A stretch of DNA of 37,831 nt. It comes from a virus. Lineage: Duplodnaviria; Caudoviricetes. Shown here piece by piece: positions 9,907 through 17,529 of this stretch. The DNA lies in IMG/VR virus record IMGVR_UViG_3300023116_000119, positions 1-37,831 of that record; one strand, 5' to 3'. The notes under the pieces are model-generated. The model had not been told where the DNA came from. It saw only the letters and a list, made by a program, of their open reading frames with translations, and did not search any database. Position numbers and translations under genes: made by a program. The number at the start of each line of letters is the position of its first letter. Within the stretch, counting starts at the first letter, position 1.

Positions 9907-11052
9907 ATGGCAGATAAAACATTATCAGATTATTTATTGAAAGAAATACCAGAGCTTGCTATATCTGGACTGTACCATGGCTTAGCTTTTGGTGTTGATG
10001 GATTATACAAAGGCTTAGCTTTTGGTGTTGATGCACTATCAGATTATGTAACAAACCCTGTAGAGAATGTAGCTTTTGATGTTGCAACAGCAGGAACTGG
10101 TAAATATCTTAAAGCAATGTCTCCTTTGGTTATGGGACTAATGAAACCTTCTAAACAAAAAGGAATAACATCATTCTTTAGAGGTGTTAAGCTAGACGAC
10201 CCTAAATATGATATGAATAAAGGTATTACAGATATGTCTAGAAAAGAGCAATTAGGTAAAATGGTAAGAGGTAGAAATTTTGTAGGAGGAGCAGCAGAAT
10301 TAGAGTATGACAAAATTGGAACTCCAATAAATCCAAATCCTTATGATAACGTACCAGAGAGATTTGCAAAAGAGAATAAGAATATAACATACGCTAGTCT
10401 TTTTCCTAACACAGCTGAATCATACGCCACTGTATTAAGAGATGGTCCAGGTCAAAGAGCTTTAGCAAAAGGCAATAAATCTACAATTACAGAGGAAGAC
10501 CTTTTGGAAGCAGTAACATTAGACAATATAAATAACATAGGTGCAGTTTTAAAATTTAATGTACCAAACAAATATTTAAGAGATATAAATAAATCAGCAG
10601 AGGACACAATAAAAACTTTTAAAATGTTTAGCAAGGAAAGACCACAGAGTGCGGTTAGATATCAAAAAATAATAGATAACATTCCTGAAAAAAAGGCAGG
10701 TTTTTTAGAAGTCCAATTCAACCCTAATCCACCATTTAAAGGTATAGATGAATTTGGTGATATGATTTTTGGTCCTTCTGAATCTATTAGTATGCCAAAT
10801 CAGTATACTTTAAACTCTTTGTTAAGAAGGGTTAGAAAAAATCCTAAAGCATTGAATATTCCTGAAACAAAAGAACTTGACAAGCTTGATAAAAATATAA
10901 TAGAGTATGCTTTTACTCAAGGAATACCTTCAAGGTTTTTACAAAATATAGAATTTGTTGAGAATGTAAAGATGCCAGGAAGGTATGAACGATTAAATCA
11001 AAGAGAAAGAATACAAAACATACTTAGATATCTAAGGTCTATCGACAATTAG
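9907..11052 (+). CDS. Putative ADP-ribosyltransferase-fold protein (R-S-E type)
   Basis: Ordered motifs FFRGV ... YASLFPNTAESYA ... GAVLKFNVP ... IEYAFTQGIP. Confidence 0.55.
   Translation: MADKTLSDYLLKEIPELAISGLYHGLAFGVDGLYKGLAFGVDALSDYVTNPVENVAFDVATAGTGKYLKAMSPLVMGLMKPSKQKGITSFFRGVKLDDPKYDMNKGITDMSRKEQLGKMVRGRNFVGGAAELEYDKIGTPINPNPYDNVPERFAKENKNITYASLFPNTAESYATVLRDGPGQRALAKGNKSTITEEDLLEAVTLDNINNIGAVLKFNVPNKYLRDINKSAEDTIKTFKMFSKERPQSAVRYQKIIDNIPEKKAGFLEVQFNPNPPFKGIDEFGDMIFGPSESISMPNQYTLNSLLRRVRKNPKALNIPETKELDKLDKNIIEYAFTQGIPSRFLQNIEFVENVKMPGRYERLNQRERIQNILRYLRSIDN
9967..10032 (+). repeat. In-frame tandem repeat, 2 x 33 bp (GLYHGLAFGVD / GLYKGLAFGVD)
   Basis: 22-bp exact core ggcttagcttttggtgttgatg at 9979-10000 and 10012-10033. 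Confidence 0.9.
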
Positions 11053-12383
11053 AATGGTACATCGTTTAAGCTACCAGGTACTCCTTTTGCCACACTCAAC
11101 TCAGCTTCTTCAACAGTATCATATATGGTGCAACAATCTGGTGAGAATCCAACCGTTGCTTTCCCAGTTGAGCCATACCTATTTTTAGCAACTACTATAT
11201 CTAAACCAAACCTACCGTGCTTTGCACTCTCAAAGTCTACAGTCCAAGGATAGTGTGTAAACGCTACAATCTCTGCATCTTGTTCTAGATTACCAGATTC
11301 AGCTAGGTCACTAAGTTTAGGTATTCTTTCTGTTCTGTATTCTATATTACGATTTAATTGTGAAACCAAAATAACTGAAAGTTGTTCTGATTTACATAAC
11401 CATTTATATCTTCTAGATGTATCACCTATCTTCAATCTTAAATCCCTACTATCATTTTTTGGATATTCTATCAAACCAATATGGTCGTCAATAACCACAT
11501 CAGGTTTAATCTTACGTATTTCTCTAAATGTACTATCAATAGTACTTATGTTGTCATACATAAATAGTTTGTCAGTATACTTTTCTTTAATAATTTTTAA
11601 ACTATTTTCAATTACTTCTTTATTAGTGACTGCATTATGTCTGAGTGCGTGATATGTAATGCCCTCTGATTCCATAGCAATAAACTTTTTCATCATCTCA
11701 GTATTAGGCATCTCTCTGTTAAACATAACAACCTTCTTGCCAGACAACACTAAGTTTCTAGCTATATTGGCAACTGTCGTGGTTTTAGCATTCCCAGGTC
11801 GCCCAGCAAAGATGGTTATTTCTCCTTTCGTCATACCAGATATAATATTATCTAGTGCACCGAATCCAGTCTTGGTTAGTTGTCTACCATTAAATATAGA
11901 ATCTTTGGTAGCATCTAATAATGAATCTAAATCAAATGATTGTGTAGGGTCTAGGTTTAGTAGATTGCCAGTAGTTTCATATAATTGTTCTAACAAACTA
12001 TGAACTCCAGAAGAAGAATCTTTTGCATCTGTAGCAACTTTGTAAGATTGTTTCACTATCTCTCTCTTTAACCAATCCTCGTATACTTGCTTTGAGTATA
12101 CTTCTACATTAGCAGCTGTAGCTACACTTTCTGATAGACCAGTAATATAGTAAGCTTCGTTCTTTACTTTAGCACAGACACTAACAGTATCCACTGGTAT
12201 TCCTTCTGAGTCTAAATCGCACATAGCTTTCCATATGGTTTTATTTTTTGTATTGTAAAAGAAATCATCATCTTGTATCCAAGACTTTGCTTTCATCAAA
12301 GCTTTGCTATCTATTAAGATAGAACCTAATACTGCTTTCTCTGACTCTATATTATGAATTGCTACTGAATCTTGTGGTACCAT
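11049..12383 (-). CDS. dnaB: DnaB-like replicative helicase
   Basis: N-domain ESEKAVLGSIL; Walker A AGRPGNAKT; VVIDDHI; SQLNR; P.LSDLAESGNLEQDA; VAKNRYG. Confidence 0.95.
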   Translation of the reverse strand: MVPQDSVAIHNIESEKAVLGSILIDSKALMKAKSWIQDDDFFYNTKNKTIWKAMCDLDSEGIPVDTVSVCAKVKNEAYYITGLSESVATAANVEVYSKQVYEDWLKREIVKQSYKVATDAKDSSSGVHSLLEQLYETTGNLLNLDPTQSFDLDSLLDATKDSIFNGRQLTKTGFGALDNIISGMTKGEITIFAGRPGNAKTTTVANIARNLVLSGKKVVMFNREMPNTEMMKKFIAMESEGITYHALRHNAVTNKEVIENSLKIIKEKYTDKLFMYDNISTIDSTFREIRKIKPDVVIDDHIGLIEYPKNDSRDLRLKIGDTSRRYKWLCKSEQLSVILVSQLNRNIEYRTERIPKLSDLAESGNLEQDAEIVAFTHYPWTVDFESAKHGRFGLDIVVAKNRYGSTGKATVGFSPDCCTIYDTVEEAELSVAKGVPGSLNDVPF

Positions 12384-12784
12384 TATTTATACTCCTTACA
12401 ATCTGGGGCGTCGATACAATCTCCTTCTACACAAGGTATATTTTTATACAATCCTTGGTCTAGAAAATTCTTTTCAAACTTAGTTCCTTTTCCATCTTGT
12501 ATCTCTATTGCCCACACTCTCTTACAATGAACACATCTTGTTGGAACTCTTGTTGTTGATATGAAATCAATACCAGCTTGCTCTACATTAAATCTAACAT
12601 TCTGTTTATTTGTTTCATACTTATCTATTACTTGTTTGTCAAACCATTCGTCTGCATTTTCTGGGTCTATTTGTTTTATATAATATCTTGCAGATTCAAA
12701 TCTTGCTCTGTTCATATCAAGATATTCTTTTTTCATATAATCTAATCCAGACTCTAGTTTGTCTGTTTTGATGCTATCTGACAT
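12383..12784 (-). CDS. Hypothetical protein with Cys motifs (CVHC...C...C), possible helicase loader/accessory
   Basis: 133-aa ORF coupled to dnaB; function inferred only from position. Confidence 0.65.
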   Translation of the reverse strand: MSDSIKTDKLESGLDYMKKEYLDMNRARFESARYYIKQIDPENADEWFDKQVIDKYETNKQNVRFNVEQAGIDFISTTRVPTRCVHCKRVWAIEIQDGKGTKFEKNFLDQGLYKNIPCVEGDCIDAPDCKEYK

Positions 12785-12785
12785 A

Positions 12786-13127
12786 TCACTCCTCTATCTT
12801 AAATGTTCTCTGAATCAACTCTAATAAATCTTTATATCTAATAGTCGCATATATCTCGCCTCTATCTTGTTTGATAAGAGTAATATCACAACTATCAGGT
12901 GGTAAAAGATATTGAGCTATATTCTTTCTGACCTTGCATTGTACTTTCATCTCTTGAGATAACTCTGGAGATAATAAATACTCTATAACAACGTCTACTT
13001 CAGGGTCTTGTCCTAAACTTCTTCCATCACTACCCCAAGCTCTTTTAGCCGAAAACCCATGGTCTTCTGCTATTTTAACACATTCTTTCTCGAATCTGTT
13101 GCCTTTTGCCTTTTCTTTGTTTGCCAT
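12786..13127 (-). CDS. Holliday junction resolvase, Hjc-like PD-(D/E)xK nuclease
   Basis: KGNRFE...GFSAKRAWGS...EVDVVI...VQCK motif series. Confidence 0.8.
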   Translation of the reverse strand: MANKEKAKGNRFEKECVKIAEDHGFSAKRAWGSDGRSLGQDPEVDVVIEYLLSPELSQEMKVQCKVRKNIAQYLLPPDSCDITLIKQDRGEIYATIRYKDLLELIQRTFKIEE

Positions 13128-13177
13128 ATCATTTCCTTACATTTTTTTAAACTTTTTGAAAAAAAACCTTACGAGAA

Positions 13178-13251
13178 TGCCCCTATATGCGTGTATAATT
13201 ACTTTTTCGATATAACTATCGCCTAATGTGTGTTTCGTCCATACAGGGGCA
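13178..13251 (-). promoter_or_regulatory. Structured leader: 12-bp closing stem with internal hairpin
   Basis: Minus-strand tgcccctgtatg pairs with catataggggca (one G-U); inner hairpin cgata-gtta-tatcg. Confidence 0.5.
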
Positions 13252-13261
13252 ATTATGAGCC

Positions 13262-13477
13262 TTATTTAGAAATATACCTATTTTTGAGCTCTGAATACAG
13301 TTTTCTCAGTGAATAAAGTAATATTTTTTCCTCTCGCTTGTCAAGATTATATATTTCTTTATCTCCAACTATCCTTCTCTTGCAACCAACCATTTCATTG
13401 GTTCCATATTTGTATCCAAACTCTTGTTGGAACTTAGACATTACTGAGTTCCACTTAGATATATCCATTAATCGCAA
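13262..13477 (-). CDS. Hypothetical protein
   Basis: 71-aa ORF in the leftward operon (likely start at the second Met, 13468). Confidence 0.65.
   Translation of the reverse strand: MRLMDISKWNSVMSKFQQEFGYKYGTNEMVGCKRRIVGDKEIYNLDKREEKILLYSLRKLYSELKNRYISK
13315..13344 (-). promoter_or_regulatory. Internal promoter TTGACA-N18-TACTTT upstream of resolvase-helicase genes
   Basis: -35 at 13344-13339, -10 at 13320-13315; matches the recurring N18 pattern. Confidence 0.5.
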
Positions 13478-13704
13478 GTCTCACAAAATGAAGGGCCCAT
13501 TACTGTTGCTGCGTTCTTCAATACATCTTCTGCAGTTACATGCTCTGAGTTTTCTATTTTATCAAACTGAGCTCGGAACTGAGATTTTATCTTGTTTCTT
13601 AATTCAACAGTAGATTCGTCTTCATCTTCTTTTCTGCATAGTTCTAATATTTCTATTAGCCCCATACATTCTTCTTTCTTTAACTTTAGTGTGTAGTCTG
13701 TCAT
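13468..13704 (-). CDS. Hypothetical protein with C-terminal CxxC
   Basis: 78-aa ORF, TAATG-coupled, ends FCETCD. Confidence 0.7.
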   Translation of the reverse strand: MTDYTLKLKKEECMGLIEILELCRKEDEDESTVELRNKIKSQFRAQFDKIENSEHVTAEDVLKNAATVMGPSFCETCD

Positions 13705-14255
13705 TAGAATGGCAATTCGTCTTCTTTAACATTAACTACTCTATCAGATTTGAAAACATTGAATGCAACAGGAGATGTTCTTTTTTCTCCATCTCTATTT
13801 GTCCATTCTTCTTGCTCTACCTTGATTACTACTGGGTTTCCATGTATATCGCCCTCTGTAATCATAGGCAAAGAGTATCTACCGTTTTCATCTTTTTCCA
13901 TCTCAAATCCACAAGCCTCACAGAAAATCATATAACCTTTATTTTGTCCAGGATTGTCTTTTAAGTTTGGATACTTCTTAGGGTCAGGTTGTTTGAATCT
14001 AAAGTAACCTTTTGATTTTACCTGACTACCTTTATACTCAGGGTGCTTTTCACCATCTATAGTATATACTGCCTCAAAGATATCTGCGAGAAACTCGCCC
14101 TTAATAGTAACATCTTTTTTGATAGTTAACTTACTTACTGTTGCCTCATAAGAGCCATCAGCAACTTGTTTCTTAGCACCAGACTCAGAAGCACTAGGGT
14201 CATAGTATGCCTTATTGCTATCCAAGTCATTGATTAGTGAACTTACATCGCTCAT
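13704..14255 (-). CDS. Single-stranded DNA-binding protein (phage OB-fold type)
   Basis: Follows the annealase; GSYEATV strand, EEWTNRDGEKRT hairpin, acidic tail EDELPF. Confidence 0.75.
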   Translation of the reverse strand: MSDVSSLINDLDSNKAYYDPSASESGAKKQVADGSYEATVSKLTIKKDVTIKGEFLADIFEAVYTIDGEKHPEYKGSQVKSKGYFRFKQPDPKKYPNLKDNPGQNKGYMIFCEACGFEMEKDENGRYSLPMITEGDIHGNPVVIKVEQEEWTNRDGEKRTSPVAFNVFKSDRVVNVKEDELPF

Positions 14256-14875
14256 TTTTTACTCCCAATTAATTTAGACATTACTTTATCGTAATTGTCT
14301 TGATTTATCTTACCAGACTGAAGTGCTTTATACACTTGGTCTGCTTCTTTTTTGTCCATCTCTGCAATAACGTCCATAAGATTATTTGCTTGAATTTCAT
14401 CAAGACTCTTATCTACATATTGCTTACGATAAACATCATCTGCTACATTACATAGTCTATTTACTGCGACCTTGAACGCATCTGAGTTAGCAGCTTTTAG
14501 GTCATTGCCTAAGTCTACATACCCTGAGCCATTTCTAGACACTGCTATTCTATGTGCTGCAACTGAGTCAAAACTACGAGGTACACCTTCGTCCATAACT
14601 TTAAGACGTCCGTGAACTACAATAGCCTTGTCTCCAAGAGTTTCATACTTGATTACTTCCCAAGACCAGATAGGATAATGTTGGTTTAGTCGCCAACGCA
14701 TATATCCCTCATCTACATAGTCAAAACCATTTCTACTTTTAACTACGTCGCTTGGAGTAGGTGTTTCTGAAACCTGTTGGTGTTTTTGAATTAATACGTC
14801 ATCTTGAATTGCTTGGTCGTGCAATACTTCCATAGCATCTCTTCCGTACATATCTAATTCAGCCATTTTACCCAT
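14252..14875 (-). CDS. Rad52/Rad22-family single-strand annealing protein (Sak-like)
   Basis: FDYVD...RLN...WSWEV and KAANSDAFKVAVNRL..ADDVY motifs. Confidence 0.85.
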   Translation of the reverse strand: MGKMAELDMYGRDAMEVLHDQAIQDDVLIQKHQQVSETPTPSDVVKSRNGFDYVDEGYMRWRLNQHYPIWSWEVIKYETLGDKAIVVHGRLKVMDEGVPRSFDSVAAHRIAVSRNGSGYVDLGNDLKAANSDAFKVAVNRLCNVADDVYRKQYVDKSLDEIQANNLMDVIAEMDKKEADQVYKALQSGKINQDNYDKVMSKLIGSKK

Positions 14876-15755
14876 TTATACTCCCATTGTTGTAAGGACA
14901 TAGATGTCTAACCTCGCAATAAGATTGACACTTTCTACCGTCCCAAGTTTGTTCTATTGTACATTTACTTGGCAAATTACCAGTTTCTAATGCATATGTC
15001 AAGTCTTTTTTTGCAGAAATGAATTTATTTTCAAGCACTTCATCATCATACTTAGGAACTTCGATAAGATATATATTCTTATCTAGCCCAGTATTTCTAG
15101 CCGCTTGCAATCCACCATCTCTTAATGTAACTTGTATATACATTTTATCTACTTCGTGTCCTTGCTTTTCTAACAAGTATCTGTACCAATTTACTTGCCA
15201 ACCCCAATCTCCGAAGTCGGCTTTTGATTCGTCTCTATACCATTCCTTGACTTTTTTTAGAGAACCTTTCTTTCCCCATTTACCAGACGTTTTATATCTC
15301 TCTCTATTAGGGTCATCTACATATTTAAATGACATACCTAATAGTTTAGCGCATTTAAAAGAGCCAGTATTCTTGTAGTCTATAAGAAGTTTTGTTTCTT
15401 TATCATACAAGTCTGCTATACCAGTTATGTCAAACTCTTCTAATGCCTCTTCTTTTAAGTGTCTGTTATCTTGCCCTTTCTCGAGTTTCAAGTGGTGTAG
15501 AGTACCTGCTAAAGAGAACGCTCTGTCTTGTGGGTCTATATAATAGTCCTTTGTCCTTTTAAGATAGGCCTCACAAGAGCCTACTAACAGTTCAGTAGTA
15601 GATGGTTTCCTATTAGGGTCTCTTTCTCTAGACATTTCTATCAGAGTAGGAAGAGACATACCCATTAGTTCTATATCTACTTTACCTTTTTTTACATCTT
15701 CAAACGAGACTTTATCTCCATTTGGGTAAACGAAACCAACTGCCGGCATCTGCAT
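14868..15755 (-). CDS. Cas4-like PD-(D/E)xK exonuclease (probable Fe-S cluster)
   Basis: GTLHH, GIAD...LIDYK, QVNWY; N-terminal Cys plus C-terminal CQSYC..RHLCP. Confidence 0.85.
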   Translation of the reverse strand: MQMPAVGFVYPNGDKVSFEDVKKGKVDIELMGMSLPTLIEMSRERDPNRKPSTTELLVGSCEAYLKRTKDYYIDPQDRAFSLAGTLHHLKLEKGQDNRHLKEEALEEFDITGIADLYDKETKLLIDYKNTGSFKCAKLLGMSFKYVDDPNRERYKTSGKWGKKGSLKKVKEWYRDESKADFGDWGWQVNWYRYLLEKQGHEVDKMYIQVTLRDGGLQAARNTGLDKNIYLIEVPKYDDEVLENKFISAKKDLTYALETGNLPSKCTIEQTWDGRKCQSYCEVRHLCPYNNGSING

Positions 15756-15888
15756 TTCCTTTCACATATTCTTCAATTAATTTATGAAGGACATCTTTCA
15801 TTGATAATCCTTCCTTTATTGCCTTCGACTTAAACTTTATCCAAAGTTCTTTGTCAATGACAAATGATGTTTGGTATCTATTTTTCAT
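15712..15888 (-). CDS. Ribbon-helix-helix (Arc/CopG-like) DNA-binding protein
   Basis: QTSFVIDKELWIKFKSKAIKEGLSMKDVLHKLIEEYV; start placed at ATG 15888, just downstream of a promoter. Confidence 0.8.
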   Translation of the reverse strand: MKNRYQTSFVIDKELWIKFKSKAIKEGLSMKDVLHKLIEEYVKGNADAGSWFRLPKWR

Positions 15889-15893
15889 ATTGA

Positions 15894-15923
15894 AATATAG
15901 CACAATAATTTAATGTTAGTCAA
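15894..15923 (-). promoter_or_regulatory. Promoter TTGACT-N18-TATATT with extended -10 (TG), probably giving a leaderless RHH mRNA
   Basis: -10 ends 5 nt before ATG 15888; no RBS. Confidence 0.65.
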
Positions 15924-15939
15924 GATTAACTTTAAAACT

Positions 15940-16173
15940 TTATAAGTCAAGTTCCATAAGTTGATTATCTACGTGTTCTTTTTCATTGTCAGGTACATAA
16001 TCAAAGTACTCACATAATATATTGTATGCTTTTTGATATCTTTTAAACTCCTTGAAGTTTTTATCGACATCTGATATTGCTTTTGAATAGTCTTCTTCTA
16101 ATTTTTGTAGATATAGAAGTAGTGCGTCTAATTCTTTATCTACTCTTTTAAACTGCTCGTAACCTTTGCTCAT
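15940..16173 (-). CDS. Hypothetical coiled-coil protein
   Basis: 77-aa ORF with GGAGA RBS. Confidence 0.7.
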   Translation of the reverse strand: MSKGYEQFKRVDKELDALLLYLQKLEEDYSKAISDVDKNFKEFKRYQKAYNILCEYFDYVPDNEKEHVDNQLMELDL

Positions 16174-16303
16174 GATTCTCTCCAGTGTTGTTGTTAACTA
16201 TTTCACTTACCCAACCTGCTCCTGCGACGTATTTAGTTTCTACTCTGAAACCTAGCTCGTCTAGTTCTGCAGTCAGTTCAAGTATTTTTTTATTAATATT
16301 TAT
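16148..16303 (-). CDS. Possible 51-aa ORF with ATA start (INKKILELTAELDELGFRVETKYVAGAGWVSEIV...)
   Basis: Open frame fills the gap between neighbours; ATA overlaps the upstream stop as ATAA. Confidence 0.35.
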   Translation of the reverse strand: MNINKKILELTAELDELGFRVETKYVAGAGWVSEIVNNNTGENHEQRLRAV

Positions 16304-16494
16304 TGCTCTTTTATCTCTATCTTATCTATCTTTACCCATTTGTCCTCCTGGTTAAGTACATAGTATCCTAGACTTTGATTAACTCTATCTAGGTCTTTTA
16401 TGAATCTTCTCATCTTTTCAGTAAATATAATATTATTCTTATTAAGATGACCTTCGTCTTTTATAGACCACGTCTTGTTTGTTGCTTTACTCAT
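16300..16494 (-). CDS. Hypothetical protein
   Basis: 64-aa ORF with GAGGT RBS. Confidence 0.65.
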   Translation of the reverse strand: MSKATNKTWSIKDEGHLNKNNIIFTEKMRRFIKDLDRVNQSLGYYVLNQEDKWVKIDKIEIKEQ

Positions 16495-16660
16495 CTATAC
16501 CTCGCATTACAGACGTCAAAAGTTTTATAGCTTTCTTTACTTCTGCATAACTTTCGTCGTCATTGTTTTCTTCTAGTCTATCTAGCAAGTCGTATAATAT
16601 AAAATATATATCTTTAACTTGTAAATACTTTGTATCGTCTAATATATTTATAGTATTCAT
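16487..16660 (-). CDS. Hypothetical 57-aa protein (MNTINILDDTKYLQ...RGIDE), absent from ORF track
   Basis: TAATG-coupled ATG at 16660 with GGAGGT RBS; stop at 16487. Confidence 0.65.
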   Translation of the reverse strand: MNTINILDDTKYLQVKDIYFILYDLLDRLEENNDDESYAEVKKAIKLLTSVMRGIDE

Positions 16661-17016
16661 TAACATCTACCTCCGTCTAATATTCTATCGTATTCATCTC
16701 TATTGCCCATAGTTTCTTCTGCCACAATCTCTTTAAATTCAGAGTAAGTAACAACTTCTTCAGAGCAGTCGCAATCTTTCATATAGTATTCTTCAATACC
16801 ACAATATCCACAGACCATCATATCGTCTGTATCTATCATTTCTATAACACCTTCTTTGTGGTCAATCATATTTCCCTCACATTGTTCACATTGTTCAACA
16901 AAAACTTTAGGCTCGTCGCCCTTTACTGAGTTACCACACTGACATATAACAGCGGGTGTCCATAAACCCTTGGACGACTTGCCCTTTTCTTCCGATATAA
17001 AACTAAGATAACTCAT
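16660..17016 (-). CDS. Acidic Cys-rich (zinc-ribbon) hypothetical protein
   Basis: CQC, CEQC, CGYC, CDC motifs. Confidence 0.7.
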   Translation of the reverse strand: MSYLSFISEEKGKSSKGLWTPAVICQCGNSVKGDEPKVFVEQCEQCEGNMIDHKEGVIEMIDTDDMMVCGYCGIEEYYMKDCDCSEEVVTYSEFKEIVAEETMGNRDEYDRILDGGRC

Positions 17017-17204
17017 TATCTTTGGTCATCTGCATAGTCTTTTTGTTTCTCGTTCCATGCATCATATATATTTTGATTGTGTGATTCACACTCTGCTATC
17101 TCGTTGATAAATGTATCGTGAGCAAAGTCTGTATCGTATATATCTAGACCAGTCTCTTCATCGTGAGTCCACGGCACTAGTATAGTTATTACTTTATCTT
17201 CCAT
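17016..17204 (-). CDS. Acidic hypothetical protein
   Basis: 62-aa ORF, first gene after a structured leader. Confidence 0.65.
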   Translation of the reverse strand: MEDKVITILVPWTHDEETGLDIYDTDFAHDTFINEIAECESHNQNIYDAWNEKQKDYADDQR

Positions 17205-17222
17205 TATCTTACCTATTGTTAG

Positions 17223-17351
17223 TGAGACAGATAGAGGTGCCCAACCAATGTACTTGCAAACATTAACAGACCAAGAGCGGTCGGGTTGTATACCGACACT
17301 AGCCTTTTGTCTAGTATTAATTGTTTGTATATGTACTTTCTATCTGTCTCA
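17223..17351. ncRNA. Candidate structured RNA/ssDNA element (~130-nt rod-like hairpin)
   Basis: Perfect 13-bp closing stem tgagacagataga/tctatctgtctca; nested stems caaaca/tgtttg, ttaa/ttaa, agac/gtct, gtcgg/ccgac. Confidence 0.55.
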
Positions 17352-17370
17352 ATTATTAAAATCATACCCA

Positions 17371-17399
17371 AATTTGCCTATAAAAAATATTAATGTCAA
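17371..17399 (-). promoter_or_regulatory. Promoter TTGACA-N17-CAAATT(TGGG)
   Basis: Perfect -35; AAATTTGGG motif shared with the promoter at 21806-21834. Confidence 0.55.
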
Positions 17400-17434
17400 G
17401 TAAAAAAGTAAACATTTTTAAAAAATATTTGGCG

Positions 17435-17467
17435 GTTATCTTGCCCTTTTTGACTGTTATCTTGCCC
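17435..17467. repeat. 12-bp direct repeat GTTATCTTGCCC x2, 21-bp period
   Basis: Exact copies at 17435-17446 and 17456-17467. Confidence 0.85.
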
Positions 17468-17485
17468 ATATATATATATTAAATC

Positions 17486-17520
17486 AAAAAATTTTCCCGA
17501 GGGGCGTTAGCCCCTCAGGA
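17486..17520 (-). terminator. Intrinsic terminator after the amidoligase gene
   Basis: Stem tcctgaggggc-taac-gcccctcggga followed by aaattttttg on the minus strand. Confidence 0.75.
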
Positions 17521-17529
17521 TTGTCTAGA

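Noticed and set aside
10877-10906. TTGACA-N18-TAGAGT inside the ART-like gene, a possible antisense promoter to dnaB
   Set aside because: Weak -10, lies in coding sequence over the putative catalytic motif; may be chance
14868-15755. Cas4-like nuclease as evidence of a CRISPR-Cas system
   Set aside because: No repeat-spacer array or other cas genes; it sits with annealase and SSB in a standard phage recombination module
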